Source: Actinomycetales bacterium (GTDB lineage: Bacteria; Actinomycetota; Actinomycetes; S36-B12; UBA5976). Taken from it: a stretch of 64,000 nt of DNA. A model generated the notes under the pieces. The model was not told the origin of the DNA, did not search any database, and worked only from the letters and a program-made list of their open reading frames with translations. The DNA lies in assembly GCA_027484085.1 (NCBI GenBank), contig JAIXQF010000010.1:186970-250969 (forward strand), written 5' to 3'. This document shows, in pieces, positions 45,366 through 55,950 of the stretch. The position numbers were made by a program, and so were the translations under genes. Numbering within the stretch: the first letter of the stretch is position 1; every line of letters starts with the position of its first letter.

Positions 45366-45835
45366 CTGGCAATTTCTGAGAAAACTGCAGACAGTAGATT
45401 TGCTAAATCTTTCGGCGACAATTCGATATCAAAACCCCGCCTACCGCCACTAACCAAAATTGTTTCAAAGTCATTGGCGGTTGCGTCAATGACGGTAGGC
45501 AGCAATCGCTTTTGCCCAAGTGGGCTGATCCCGCCAACAACGTATCCCGTTAGGCGAGCTGCCTGTGCTGGATCGGCCATCGTTGCTCGCTTAGCGCCCA
45601 AGGTGCGGGATAGTGATTTCAGACTCACTTGTTTGTTAACTGGAACAATTGCAACGGCGTAGGTCTCATCCAGATTCGCTATCAAAGTCTTGAATACTCG
45701 GCTTGGGTCAACACCAAGTTTTTCCGCGGCCTCCAGCCCAAACGATGCTGACTTTGGATCGTGGTCATACTCATGCTCAACGAAGTCCACTCCTGCTGAA
45801 TTAAGTAACTTAGTCGCTGGAGTACCCGTAGCCAT
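45362..45835 (-). CDS. ybaK: Cys-tRNA(Pro)/Cys-tRNA(Cys) deacylase YbaK
   Basis: 157 aa with VFKTLI...AVAIVPV and GYVVGGISPLGQKR motifs. Its 3' end overlaps the dnaE1 3' end by 4 nt (convergent). Confidence 0.8.
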   Translation of the reverse strand: MATGTPATKLLNSAGVDFVEHEYDHDPKSASFGLEAAEKLGVDPSRVFKTLIANLDETYAVAIVPVNKQVSLKSLSRTLGAKRATMADPAQAARLTGYVVGGISPLGQKRLLPTVIDATANDFETILVSGGRRGFDIELSPKDLANLLSAVFSEIAS

Positions 45836-45879
45836 AGCAACAAATCCTATGCCACCAAAATCAAGTTAAACTTAGGTAT

Positions 45880-47187
45880 ATGTTGTCGACACTTGATTTA
45901 CGTGGTGGATCCAGACGAGCCTCTGATCTGCGAAATCTTGTGCCTCGAGCAAAGTTTGACCTTGATTCAGTAGTTGAACAGGTCCGCCCAATCATTGATG
46001 ATGTTCGTGATCGTGGCGTCGATGCAGTCCAAGATTGGTCCGAAAAGTTTGATGGGGTTAGGGCGCCTCAGATTCGGGTGCCACAGGAAATCATTGACAA
46101 GTCGATTGCGGAGCTAGATCCAAAGATTAAAGCAGCGCTTATCGACGCAATCGCACGCGTTCGAATCGTGCATGAGCACCAGCGCCGGAGTGAATCAACA
46201 GTTACGGTTGCCCCCGGTGGCACAGTAACTGAACGTTGGTTACCAGTTCAACGAGTTGGGCTTTATGTCCCAGGTGGTGTCTACGTTTATCCAAGTAGCG
46301 TGATTATGAATGTGGTACCCGCGCAAATTGCAGGCGTTGCATCACTCGTTGTTTGTTCACCACCACAAAGAGACTTTGGTGGCTGGCCACATCCAACCAT
46401 CTTGGCTGCGTGCGCATTGCTAGGAGTAACAGAGGTTTATGCCGCAGGTGGATCGCAGGCGATTGCACTAATGGCATACGGCGCTACTGGCGTTGATGAA
46501 ATTGAGCCGGTTTATTTAGTAACCGGCCCAGGCAATATGTACGTGACCGCCGCGAAGCGAATGCTTAAAGGATTAATTGGAATTGACTCCGAAGCTGGTC
46601 CAACTGAAATTGCAATTTTGGCTGACGATTCTGCTAATCCAGATTTTGTTGCAGCCGACTTAATCAGCCAAGCAGAGCACGACGAAGTAGCCGCCTCGGT
46701 GCTCGTTACTGATAGCGAAGAATTGATCGCTAAGGTACGAGCAAGCTTGGAACGCCTTGTTCCGTTAGCCATGAACAAAGATCGGATTAGAGCTGCGTTA
46801 ACCGGTCAGCAAAGTGCATTTGTGTTGGTTGATGATTTGGACCACGGCCTCAATGTTGTTGATGCTTATGCAGCTGAACACCTTGAGATCCACACTCGAA
46901 ATGCTGCGGAAGTCGCTCGCCGAGTAAACAATGCCGGGGCAATATTTGTTGGTGATTGGTCACCAGTTTCGCTAGGGGATTACGCTGCTGGTTCAAATCA
47001 CGTACTGCCAACCGGTGGTTGCGCTTGCCATTCTTCCGGGCTTTCGGTCCAGTCATTCCTACGCGGTGTTCATTACGTTGAATACAACGAAGCTGCTCTT
47101 TCCGAAATTGCTCAAACGGTAATTACGTTGGCGAATTCAGAAGGTTTACCCGGTCATGCAGCCGCCATTGAAATTCGTGCAAAATGA
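45880..47187 (+). CDS. hisD: Histidinol dehydrogenase
   Basis: 435 aa with [18 protein letters not shown] and SNHVLPTGG motifs. Confidence 0.92.
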   Translation: MLSTLDLRGGSRRASDLRNLVPRAKFDLDSVVEQVRPIIDDVRDRGVDAVQDWSEKFDGVRAPQIRVPQEIIDKSIAELDPKIKAALIDAIARVRIVHEHQRRSESTVTVAPGGTVTERWLPVQRVGLYVPGGVYVYPSSVIMNVVPAQIAGVASLVVCSPPQRDFGGWPHPTILAACALLGVTEVYAAGGSQAIALMAYGATGVDEIEPVYLVTGPGNMYVTAAKRMLKGLIGIDSEAGPTEIAILADDSANPDFVAADLISQAEHDEVAASVLVTDSEELIAKVRASLERLVPLAMNKDRIRAALTGQQSAFVLVDDLDHGLNVVDAYAAEHLEIHTRNAAEVARRVNNAGAIFVGDWSPVSLGDYAAGSNHVLPTGGCACHSSGLSVQSFLRGVHYVEYNEAALSEIAQTVITLANSEGLPGHAAAIEIRAK

Positions 47188-48275
47188 CAGAGTTACCAAT
47201 TCGCAATGATCTAATTGGTCGCTCGCCATACGGTGCACCGCAAATTGAAGTTCCGATACGGCTGAACACTAATGAAAATCCGTTTGGTCCATCTCCTGAT
47301 CTTGTAGCTGAATTAGCAAAAGTTGTTTCTGACCTTGGCTCTCGGTTAAACCGATATCCAGATCGCGATGCAGTTGAACTTCGTGCTGATTTAGCTAACT
47401 ACTTGAATTCCGAGAGCCAAGTTAACCTGACTGCAGAAAACATTTGGCCAGCAAATGGATCAAATGAGGTAATGCAACAGCTACTTCAACTTTTTGGTGG
47501 TCCGGACAAATCTTTACTTGTGTTTGATCCGACCTATTCGATGTACGAGGACTATTGCCGAAATACCTTCACAAAGTACTTGAGGGTATCCCGTAATGCC
47601 GACTTCACGATTGATCGGACCGTAATCGATAGTGCCTTGGCTTTAAGCCCTGACATCATCGTTATCACTTCACCTAATAATCCAACTGGAACTGTCATCG
47701 AGTTATCAGACATTGATTACTTGCTTGAGAAGTTCAACGGAATGTTAATCGTTGACGAAGCTTATGCAGAATTTAGAGCAACAGGAACGCCATCGGCGTT
47801 AACCAAGTTAGATTCAAATCCACATTTAGTTGTAGTCCGCACGATGAGTAAGGCATTTTCATATGCAGGTGCTCGAGTCGGCTATGTTGCCGCTAATCCA
47901 AAAGTGATTGCTGCAATTCAGCTAGTGCGGTTGCCGTATCATTTATCAACAATTACTCAGGCAATTGCTAGGGTGGCACTTCGGTTTAGTGATCAGCTCC
48001 AGAGGCAGGTCTCGCTATTGCGTCGAGAGCGAGACGAATTAGCAATTTGGCTAAGTGAGCATGGTTTTGAGGTGGCTCCAAGCGGCGCAAACTTCCTACT
48101 CTTTGGAACATTTGGCGATCGCACATCGATTTGGGAACAATTAGTTGAGCAAGGTGTCTTGATCCGCGAAACTGGACCTGAAGGTTGGCTCCGAGTAAGC
48201 ATTGGAACGCCAGAAGAAAACCAAGCTTTTAAAACTGCACTATTACATGTAACTAATCGAACAAACGGAAAGTAA
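47184..48275 (+). CDS. hisC: Histidinol-phosphate aminotransferase
   Basis: [12 protein letters not shown] and [15 protein letters not shown] (PLP lysine). ATGA overlap with hisD. Confidence 0.9.
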   Translation: MTELPIRNDLIGRSPYGAPQIEVPIRLNTNENPFGPSPDLVAELAKVVSDLGSRLNRYPDRDAVELRADLANYLNSESQVNLTAENIWPANGSNEVMQQLLQLFGGPDKSLLVFDPTYSMYEDYCRNTFTKYLRVSRNADFTIDRTVIDSALALSPDIIVITSPNNPTGTVIELSDIDYLLEKFNGMLIVDEAYAEFRATGTPSALTKLDSNPHLVVVRTMSKAFSYAGARVGYVAANPKVIAAIQLVRLPYHLSTITQAIARVALRFSDQLQRQVSLLRRERDELAIWLSEHGFEVAPSGANFLLFGTFGDRTSIWEQLVEQGVLIRETGPEGWLRVSIGTPEENQAFKTALLHVTNRTNGK

Positions 48276-48279
48276 TCAA

Positions 48280-48867
48280 ATGGCCCGCACCGCACGCATC
48301 GAGCGAAGCACGAAAGAAAGTTCTGTTCTTGTTGAATTGAACCTAGATGGCACTGGACAAATTGACATAGAAACTGGTGTGCCGTTTTTTGATCACATGC
48401 TTTCGCAGTTAGGTCGCCATGGTGGATTTGATCTAAAGGTAGTCACTAAAGGTGATGTTGATGTGGACTCGCATCACACCGTTGAAGATACTTCGCTTGC
48501 AGTCGGTGAAGCGATTAGAGCAGCACTTGGAGACAAAGTTGGTATCCGTCGCTTTGGCGATGCATATGTACCGCTTGATGAAACTGCCTGCCACGCGGCC
48601 GTTGATCTTTCCGGACGTCCTTACCTAGTTCACGAACAGCCAGAGATCGTTGAGTTGATTGGAACTTTTGACACCACGCTGATCCGTCACATTTGGGAGT
48701 CAATAATTGCCACTGCCCAGATCTGTATTCATATTCGAATTCTTAGCGGCAGAAATGCTCACCATGTCAGTGAAGCTCAATTCAAGGCAGTAGCACGTGC
48801 GCTTAGAGATGCGGTAGCAATTGACCCACGAGTGTTGGACGTGCCTTCAACAAAGGGAAGTCTCTAA
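48280..48867 (+). CDS. hisB: Imidazoleglycerol-phosphate dehydratase
   Basis: ERSTKES, FFDHML and DSHHTVEDT motifs. Confidence 0.92.
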   Translation: MARTARIERSTKESSVLVELNLDGTGQIDIETGVPFFDHMLSQLGRHGGFDLKVVTKGDVDVDSHHTVEDTSLAVGEAIRAALGDKVGIRRFGDAYVPLDETACHAAVDLSGRPYLVHEQPEIVELIGTFDTTLIRHIWESIIATAQICIHIRILSGRNAHHVSEAQFKAVARALRDAVAIDPRVLDVPSTKGSL

Positions 48868-48870
48868 CTC

Positions 48871-49506
48871 GTGACTTCGGTTGTCATTCTTGACTACGGA
48901 TCAGGAAATGTAAGGTCAGCTCAACGTGCTCTGGAAACCACTGGCGCTACAGTTTCCATCTCGGCTGACTTTGATGAGGCGCTGGAAGCGGATGCCTTAT
49001 TGGTTCCAGGCGTTGGTGCCTTCGATGCCTGCATCCAAGGAATAAAGAATGTTCGAGGCGACCAGATTATTGGCCGTCGACTTGCAGGCGGTCGAGCAGT
49101 AATGGGAATTTGTGTTGGTATGCAAGTGCTTTTCGAACAAAGCACTGAGCATGCAGGCGAGGGTTTTTTCGACGGTCTCAATGAATGGCCAGGCACGGTT
49201 GAAAAACTAGAAGCTCCGGTACTCCCACACATGGGATGGAATGTCGTGGCGACTGCACCTAATTCTCAAATGTTTAACGGTATTGAGGATGAACGGTTCT
49301 ATTTCGTTCACTCTTACGCGACTCGCACTTGGGAACTTGATCCGCACGAGATGCTTGCGGCACCAAAGGTGAGTTGGGCAAACCATGGTGAGGATTTTGT
49401 TGCTGCGGTTGAGAATGGCCCACTCTGGGCAACTCAGTTTCATCCCGAAAAATCAGGCGATGCAGGTCTGACATTATTGGCAAATTGGATAGCGACCATT
49501 AAATGA
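48871..49506 (+). CDS. hisH: Imidazole glycerol phosphate synthase, glutamine amidotransferase subunit
   Basis: [18 protein letters not shown] (nucleophile Cys) and QFHPEKS. Confidence 0.9.
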   Translation: MTSVVILDYGSGNVRSAQRALETTGATVSISADFDEALEADALLVPGVGAFDACIQGIKNVRGDQIIGRRLAGGRAVMGICVGMQVLFEQSTEHAGEGFFDGLNEWPGTVEKLEAPVLPHMGWNVVATAPNSQMFNGIEDERFYFVHSYATRTWELDPHEMLAAPKVSWANHGEDFVAAVENGPLWATQFHPEKSGDAGLTLLANWIATIK

Positions 49507-49534
49507 ATCTATTTACTTACTTTCGGAGCGATAA

Positions 49535-50266
49535 ATGACATCCCTGATCTTGTTACCTGCCGTTGATGTTGCGGATGGACTCGCTGTGCGCTTGGTGCAA
49601 GGTGAAGCGGATAGTGCGACTTCTTTTGGCGACCCACTTGCAGCAGCCTTGGATTGGCAAGCTAGCGGCGCACAATGGATTCACTTAGTAGACCTTGATG
49701 CTGCATTTGGTCGCGGTGAAAACCGAAAGCTGTTGGCAGAAGTTGTCGGCAAACTTGATGTGAATGTGGAGCTCTCTGGTGGCATTCGCGACGATGAATC
49801 ACTTCGCGCTGCACTTGCCACAGGTTGTCGCCGAGTTAATTTAGGAACTGCAGCCCTAGAAGATCCCGAGTGGACTGCGCGCGTCATTGGTGAATTTGGC
49901 GATCGGATAGCCGTTGGTCTAGATGTTCGTGGCACCGTACTAGCTGCTCGTGGCTGGACAAAAGAAGGCGGCGACATTTGGGAGACGCTTGAGCGGTTGG
50001 AGCGCGATGGCTGCCAGCGTTATGTAGTCACCGATGTAACCAAAGACGGTACCTTGCGGGGACCAAACGTTGATTTACTAAAGCAGATGTGTGAACGAAC
50101 TAACCAGCCAGTAATTGCCAGCGGTGGGATCGCAACACTTGATGATTTGGTTGAACTTAGAGCGCTAACTGGCATGGGAGTTGAAGGCGCGATTGTTGGC
50201 AAGGCGCTTTATGCCCAAGCATTTACGTTAGAAGAAGCCATTGCAGTCTCAGGCCCGCAGGTTTAA
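49535..50266 (+). CDS. priA: ProFAR isomerase; probably the bifunctional HisA/TrpF enzyme (PriA) of Actinomycetota
   Basis: [10 protein letters not shown] and SGGIRD motifs. No separate trpF is present in the adjacent trp genes. Confidence 0.8.
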   Translation: MTSLILLPAVDVADGLAVRLVQGEADSATSFGDPLAAALDWQASGAQWIHLVDLDAAFGRGENRKLLAEVVGKLDVNVELSGGIRDDESLRAALATGCRRVNLGTAALEDPEWTARVIGEFGDRIAVGLDVRGTVLAARGWTKEGGDIWETLERLERDGCQRYVVTDVTKDGTLRGPNVDLLKQMCERTNQPVIASGGIATLDDLVELRALTGMGVEGAIVGKALYAQAFTLEEAIAVSGPQV

Positions 50267-50269
50267 GCA

Positions 50270-51031
50270 ATGACCGTTGCAATTCGCGTTATTCCTTGCC
50301 TTGATGTCGATGCAGGGCGCGTTGTTAAAGGCGTCAACTTTGAAAATCTAAATGATGCTGGCGATCCAGTTGAGTTAGCTCGCCGGTACGGCAACTCTGG
50401 CGCAGACGAACTGGTATTTCTTGATATCACGGCATCAAGTTCTAATCGCGAAACCACTTACGAAATGATTCGAAAAACAGCAGATGAACTTTTTATCCCA
50501 CTGACTGTTGGTGGAGGAGTGCGTAGCGTTGCAGATGTTGATCAGTTACTTCGTGCCGGCGCAGACAAGGTAGGCATCAACACAGCAGGAATTGCAAACC
50601 CGGAACTGATATCCGATTCGGCGAAACGTTTCGGTGATCAGTGCATTGTTATCTCAGTTGATGTCCGTCGGAATCAAGATTCACCAAGCGGCTTTGAAGC
50701 AACTACGCATGGTGGCCGAAATAGCAGTGGGCGAGATGCTTTGGAATGGATTATTGAGGCAGCGCAGCGCGGTGCTGGAGAAGTTCTCCTCAATTCCATG
50801 GATGCTGATGGAACTAAAAATGGATATGACCTTGAATTGATTTCTGCGGTTCGAAGTGCAGTAGAGATTCCAGTAATAGCAAGTGGTGGCGCCGGTAAAC
50901 TTTCAGATTTTGCCCCAGCTGTTAAAGCAGGTGCCAATGCCGTGCTGGCCGCAAGCGTTTTTCACTTTAATGAAATTTCGATCAAAGAAGTAAAGGAAGA
51001 ACTAGCGCGTAGCGGTGAAGTTGTTCGCTAG
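50270..51031 (+). CDS. hisF: Imidazole glycerol phosphate synthase, cyclase subunit
   Basis: [15 protein letters not shown] and ASGGAG motifs. Confidence 0.92.
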   Translation: MTVAIRVIPCLDVDAGRVVKGVNFENLNDAGDPVELARRYGNSGADELVFLDITASSSNRETTYEMIRKTADELFIPLTVGGGVRSVADVDQLLRAGADKVGINTAGIANPELISDSAKRFGDQCIVISVDVRRNQDSPSGFEATTHGGRNSSGRDALEWIIEAAQRGAGEVLLNSMDADGTKNGYDLELISAVRSAVEIPVIASGGAGKLSDFAPAVKAGANAVLAASVFHFNEISIKEVKEELARSGEVVR

Positions 51032-51081
51032 CCCAAGTACCTGATTTCGCCTACTTTGTTTCATCAAGGCACAATAGAGTC

Positions 51082-51429
51082 ATGGAGAGTTCGCCGTTTG
51101 TTGATTCCTTGGTATTCAACGATCAAGGCTTGATCCCAGTTGTGGTTCAGCAGGTTGATACCAAAGAAGTTCTGATGGTTGCCTGGATGAATTCCGAAAC
51201 CGTAAATCAAACATTGCAAACAGGGCAGGCAACTTACTGGAGTCGTAGCCGTTCCGAAGTTTGGATTAAGGGAGCAACGTCAGGCAATCACCAGCGGGTT
51301 GTTTCGTTGGCAAAAGATTGTGACAGCGACACCTTGCTTTTAACGGTCGATCAATCTGGGGCTGCTTGCCACACGGGTAGTCGGACTTGCTTTGATGATG
51401 CGGTAACTCACCCAGAGGTGAGTTCATGA
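51082..51429 (+). CDS. hisI: Phosphoribosyl-AMP cyclohydrolase
   Basis: 115 aa with YWSRSRSEVWIKGATSGNHQ and ACHTGSRTCF. Confidence 0.9.
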   Translation: MESSPFVDSLVFNDQGLIPVVVQQVDTKEVLMVAWMNSETVNQTLQTGQATYWSRSRSEVWIKGATSGNHQRVVSLAKDCDSDTLLLTVDQSGAACHTGSRTCFDDAVTHPEVSS

Positions 51430-52979
51430 CAACTCCTAACCTGGAGAGCTTCCGGGTCTTGGCGCAAAATCGTCGGGTTATTCCAGTCTTTAGAAAAGTA
51501 CTGGCAGACGGCGAAACTGCACTTGGCCTATATCGAAAACTTGCTGATGAACGAGCTGGAACATTCCTGCTTGAATCTGCAGAGCACGGCAGGTCTTGGT
51601 CGCGGTACTCGTTTGTAGGCGTCGCAAGTTCTGCGATGCTTTCAGAGCGTGATGGACAGGCGCTCTGGTCTGGAAAAGTTCCGCAAGGAGTCCCATCAAC
51701 AGGCGATCCGATTGCTGCATTGCGCGAGACTCTCGACGTACTTTTCACTGCTGGAGTTAACGAAGGCATCACTAACGAAGAACTCCCACCATTGACTGGT
51801 GGTGTAGTTGGCTATTTGGGTTATGACATAGTTCGACGTCTTGAAAAATTACCAAATGACACCCTAGACGTACTTGAGTTACCTGAACTCGCCATGTTGG
51901 TAGCAACCGACTTGGCAGTTCTGGATCACAAAGACGGAACTGTCACACTCATCGCTAACGCAATCAACTATGACAACTCTGATGAACGCGTGGATGAAGC
52001 GTGGTTAGATGCCGAGCAACGACTGAATGCAATGGAAGCTGCCTTAGGTGACCCAGCCCCTTCAAGTGCATCCAGTTTTGATCGCACCGCAAAGGCAGAT
52101 TTCACTAGAGAAACTACAAGTCTTGAATATCAAGAATCAGTGAGAGTTGCACAAGAGCGCATTAAGGCCGGCGATGCATTTCAAATTGTTCTGAGCCAAA
52201 GATTCGCTACCCAGTGCCAAGCATCAGCCCTCGATGTCTACCGAGTTTTGCGTGCCACAAATCCAAGTCCATACATGTTTTTGTTTAGAATCCCGGAGCT
52301 AACTGGACCTGGGCAAGATCTTGGCACAAAGGTTGCCTTTGACATTGTGGGCTCCAGTCCAGAAGCACTTGTAACGCTTCGTGATGGCGAGGCCATGCTG
52401 CATCCGATCGCAGGAACCAGGCCTCGCGGCGAGACGCCCCAAATCGACGATACTAATGCAGCAGATCTAATGGCCGACACAAAAGAGCGCGCGGAGCACC
52501 TGATGTTGGTTGATCTAGGCAGAAACGATTTAGGTCGAGTCTGTTTGCCAGGCTCAGTTGAAGTGACAGATTTTATGAGCATCGAAAAATATAGCCATGT
52601 CATGCACATCGTCTCAACTGTGATTGGAAAAATCGACCCTGAAGTTAGCGCCTTTGATTTAGTTGCCGCAACGTTTCCAGCGGGAACTCTTTCCGGAGCA
52701 CCAAAGCCAATGGCAATGACGATCATCGAAGAGCTTGAAAAATCCAAGCGCGGAGTTTATGGCGGCTGTGTTGGCTACTTTGATTTCGCCGGGAACATTG
52801 ACACTGCGATCGCTATCCGTTCGACAGTAATTAAGAACTCAATCGCTTATGTTCAAGCTGGAGCAGGGGTGGTTGCAGATTCGCTTCCAGAAAGTGAAGA
52901 TGCAGAATGTCAGGCAAAGGCGATGGCAGTTTTGAATGCCGTGGCTGTAGCAAACTCATTAGTTAGCAACCAAGCGTGA
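51426..52979 (+). CDS. trpE: Anthranilate synthase component I
   Basis: 517 aa with PSPYMF, LMLVDLGRNDLGRV and GAPKPMAM motifs. ATGA overlap with hisI. Confidence 0.92.
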   Translation: MTTPNLESFRVLAQNRRVIPVFRKVLADGETALGLYRKLADERAGTFLLESAEHGRSWSRYSFVGVASSAMLSERDGQALWSGKVPQGVPSTGDPIAALRETLDVLFTAGVNEGITNEELPPLTGGVVGYLGYDIVRRLEKLPNDTLDVLELPELAMLVATDLAVLDHKDGTVTLIANAINYDNSDERVDEAWLDAEQRLNAMEAALGDPAPSSASSFDRTAKADFTRETTSLEYQESVRVAQERIKAGDAFQIVLSQRFATQCQASALDVYRVLRATNPSPYMFLFRIPELTGPGQDLGTKVAFDIVGSSPEALVTLRDGEAMLHPIAGTRPRGETPQIDDTNAADLMADTKERAEHLMLVDLGRNDLGRVCLPGSVEVTDFMSIEKYSHVMHIVSTVIGKIDPEVSAFDLVAATFPAGTLSGAPKPMAMTIIEELEKSKRGVYGGCVGYFDFAGNIDTAIAIRSTVIKNSIAYVQAGAGVVADSLPESEDAECQAKAMAVLNAVAVANSLVSNQA

Positions 52980-53548
52980 AACTTTCACTGCGAAATTTGA
53001 TCGCACTTGAACTTATTTCTTCGGCTTTAATACTGATCGCATTAGGTAGAACTTGGGTTACTGCCACTTACAGCGAATCAGGATTTCCTTCGGTCAGCTT
53101 AAGCTTGAGCGCTAATCAGTTGGATTCCTCAGTAAATGGAATTGCGTTAGCTGCAATTGCTTCAGCACTTGGTGCAATTGCAACGCGCGGTGTCTTTCGT
53201 CGAATGGTTGGCGTAGTCATTGCGCTACTTGGATGTGGAGTTGTTTTCACCACGGTTAGATTGATCAACAACCTAGATCAATTGGTGGGATTGCAATTCG
53301 AGCAAGCAATCGGTCGTGAAGTTTCAGGATGGGTTGCCGAAACCTCAATTCTGACCTGGCCGGTTGCAGTATCTGGATTAGTAGTTGCAATGTGTGGTTT
53401 GGTGATAGCAATCAAGTCATTTGATGGCGGAATGTCCAAACGTTATGAGCGAAATACTGATCGCAAGAGCGAGCTAACTCCATGGCAGGCCATGGACCAA
53501 GGAATTGACCCAACAATCCAGGGTCCAAGTAACGAACAGTTAGACTAA
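52976..53548 (+). CDS. Trp-operon-associated membrane protein (Rv1610-like)
   Basis: 190 aa with 4 TM helices. GTGA overlap with the trpE stop. It occupies the conserved position downstream of trpE in actinobacteria. Confidence 0.65.
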   Translation: MKLSLRNLIALELISSALILIALGRTWVTATYSESGFPSVSLSLSANQLDSSVNGIALAAIASALGAIATRGVFRRMVGVVIALLGCGVVFTTVRLINNLDQLVGLQFEQAIGREVSGWVAETSILTWPVAVSGLVVAMCGLVIAIKSFDGGMSKRYERNTDRKSELTPWQAMDQGIDPTIQGPSNEQLD

Positions 53549-53573
53549 AGAAACCACGCCAAAAGGAGAACCA

Positions 53574-53774
53574 ATGTCAGACTCACACGCCGATCACGGT
53601 CATACAGTTGCAGCCTGGACTGCAGTGAGTATCGCAATGCTAGCTTTTTTGGTTGGCTGCATCGGCGTTGTGATTGCCTCTCCAATGGTGTTCTGGATTG
53701 GCGTAGCGCTACTTCCGGTTGCAGGTATCGCTGGCAAAGTCCTTGCCCTAATGGGTTTTGGTAAAAAGCACTAG
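53574..53774 (+). CDS. Small two-TM membrane protein (HGxxPAAW-like family, from memory)
   Basis: 66 aa. MSDSHADHGHTVAAWTAVSIAMLAF... followed by a second TM helix. GGAGAA RBS 6 nt upstream. Confidence 0.5.
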   Translation: MSDSHADHGHTVAAWTAVSIAMLAFLVGCIGVVIASPMVFWIGVALLPVAGIAGKVLALMGFGKKH

Positions 53775-53844
53775 CCACTTTTTCTTGACACATTCTTAAC
53801 AAAGTCTTAGCCATTCTCTGGTTGAGCCCTGAAAGACTTGGATT

Positions 53845-54528
53845 ATGAAAGATTCAAAAGGCCTGGTCTTAGTTGTTGAAGATGAAAAACCAATCGCCGA
53901 CATCCTGCGTATGTATTTAACCCGCGAAGGGTTTGGGGTTCAGGTCGAATCTGATGGAAACGCTGGGCTGGCCGCCGCCAAAAATTCACACCCAGTCGCG
54001 ATCATTCTGGACGTTGGGTTACCTGGTCTCGATGGCGTTGAAGTTTGTAAAGAGTTGCGAAGCTCTGGCTTCCAGATGCCCATTCTCTTTTGCACCGCCC
54101 GAGATGATGAAGTTGATCGCATTCTAGGTTTGGAAATGGGTGGCGACGATTACATTACAAAACCGTTTAGCCCTCGCGAGGTTGTAGCAAGAGTTAAATC
54201 TGTTTTGCGTCGTACCAACATGACTCCAACCGATAGTGGGCCAGTTGTGGTTGGCGAAGTTTCACTGGACTCAAACTCTCGTCGAGTCACCGTAGCTGGC
54301 GGAGAAGTTTCACTTACTGCAACGGAATTCGACCTATTGGAATATTTGATGTCACAACCTGGTCGAGTATTCAGTCGGGATCAATTGCTAAGTCAGGTGT
54401 GGGGATACTCATCGGTAGTTGGATCTAGAACAGTTGACGTCCATATCGCCCAATTACGTTCTAAGTTTGGAGTGCATGATCCAATTCGAACGGTACGTGG
54501 CGTTGGGTATTCCGTGGAGATTGCCTGA
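53845..54528 (+). CDS. OmpR/PhoB-family response regulator
   Basis: Receiver domain (VLVVEDE...ILDVGLPGLDG...TKPF) plus a winged-helix domain (LTATEFDLLEYL...RTVDVHIAQLR...TVRGVGY). Confidence 0.9.
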   Translation: MKDSKGLVLVVEDEKPIADILRMYLTREGFGVQVESDGNAGLAAAKNSHPVAIILDVGLPGLDGVEVCKELRSSGFQMPILFCTARDDEVDRILGLEMGGDDYITKPFSPREVVARVKSVLRRTNMTPTDSGPVVVGEVSLDSNSRRVTVAGGEVSLTATEFDLLEYLMSQPGRVFSRDQLLSQVWGYSSVVGSRTVDVHIAQLRSKFGVHDPIRTVRGVGYSVEIA

Positions 54529-55925
54529 TGAGTCAAAAAACGTTTAGGTCTCTTTCTGCTCGGGCAGCTCTGTTAACTGGATCGATTGCCGCTGTCGCAG
54601 TTCTGATTGCAGGCCTAGTTGCCTTGCCATTAATTAGTGGGGCAGCAGAAACGCAGGCAAGAGTTAACTTGTCTGATCAAGCCGATTTGATTCGCAACAT
54701 CGCGGCAGCACCTGAAGATTTTGATTTAACGGGAAAAGGCAATCGCCCGGGTGTTGATGAACGAGCACTTTCTGGAATCGTTTCCTACTTGCGGGCACAA
54801 GGCGTAGAAGTTTTGGCATTAGTCCCAGGGACGTCTGATCCAAAGATTCTTACGGAAAACCAAAAGAATATTATTGTGAATGGCCGAAATGTTTCAGCCA
54901 AAAACTGCTCAGGCAAAGAATGCTTTTTTGTAGAGGGAAGACCACTCGGAGTTGGAACTGGAATGGTCTTGGTGCAATCCACGCAAGTGGTTTCAGAAGT
55001 CGCCACAAGTGCAATTCGTAGATTTGCCATCGCATTGGTAGTAGGCCTCAGCATCGCAACTTTGATTGGATTTATTGCCGCTCGAAAACTAGCAAATCCG
55101 CTAAGACAGGCCGCAACTGGTGCCCGGGAATTAGCTCAAGGCAAGCGAGACTTGCGACTAACGCCGGAAGGACCAACCGAGATCTCCGAAATAGCTTTGG
55201 CGCTTAATTTGCTTGCTGAGGAATTGTCGCGCAGTGAAGGTAGACAGCGGGAGTTCTTGCTTTCGGTATCCCATGAGTTAAGAACGCCATTAACAGCGAT
55301 TCGCGGTTATGCCGAAGCCATGGCTGATGATTTGGTTGCTGAATCTGACCGGGCACGAGTGGGAGCTGTAATCAGCCTTGAGACTCAGCGCTTAGATCGG
55401 CTCGTCAGTGATCTTTTGGATCTTGCCCGAACTGGTGCGGTAGATTTCCCGCTCAACATGCAAAGTGTGAATTTAGTCGACATAGTTTCAGATGCCTGTG
55501 ACGTTTGGGCAGATCGGTCAATCCGGGAACAAGTCGAATTCCGCCGTGAGATTTATCCCGATGACCTATTGGTATTCACTGATCCGATCCGAGTCCGACA
55601 AATCATAGATAACTTAGCTGAGAACGCTTTGCGAGTTACCCCAGCAGGGCAAGTGATTGTTATTTCACTCAGTGAAACTGGAGTGATCCAAGTTCGCGAT
55701 AGTGGGCCAGGGCTGCAGCCAGAAGATGTATCGGTTGCATTCCAGCCAGGGGAGTTATTTGAAAAATATAAAGGTGTGCGTCGCGTAGGAACTGGATTTG
55801 GACTTGCGCTCGTTGGCAGACTGGCACAACGTTTAGGTGCGCAAGCCACAGCCGGTGCCGCAGCTGAAGGTGGTGCTGCATTCACGATTGATTTTTCGTC
55901 TTGTAGTTCTGCCCTAAACTTGTGA
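54528..55925 (+). CDS. Sensor histidine kinase (two TM helices, periplasmic-type loop, HAMP, HisKA, HATPase)
   Basis: H-box SHELRTPLTAIRGY, N-box IIDNLAENALR, G1 box RDSGPGL and G2 box GTGFGLALV. ATGA-type overlap with the response regulator. Confidence 0.9.
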   Translation: MSQKTFRSLSARAALLTGSIAAVAVLIAGLVALPLISGAAETQARVNLSDQADLIRNIAAAPEDFDLTGKGNRPGVDERALSGIVSYLRAQGVEVLALVPGTSDPKILTENQKNIIVNGRNVSAKNCSGKECFFVEGRPLGVGTGMVLVQSTQVVSEVATSAIRRFAIALVVGLSIATLIGFIAARKLANPLRQAATGARELAQGKRDLRLTPEGPTEISEIALALNLLAEELSRSEGRQREFLLSVSHELRTPLTAIRGYAEAMADDLVAESDRARVGAVISLETQRLDRLVSDLLDLARTGAVDFPLNMQSVNLVDIVSDACDVWADRSIREQVEFRREIYPDDLLVFTDPIRVRQIIDNLAENALRVTPAGQVIVISLSETGVIQVRDSGPGLQPEDVSVAFQPGELFEKYKGVRRVGTGFGLALVGRLAQRLGAQATAGAAAEGGAAFTIDFSSCSSALNL

Positions 55926-55950
55926 CTTACGCTAGCGAAAGGATCGCCCC

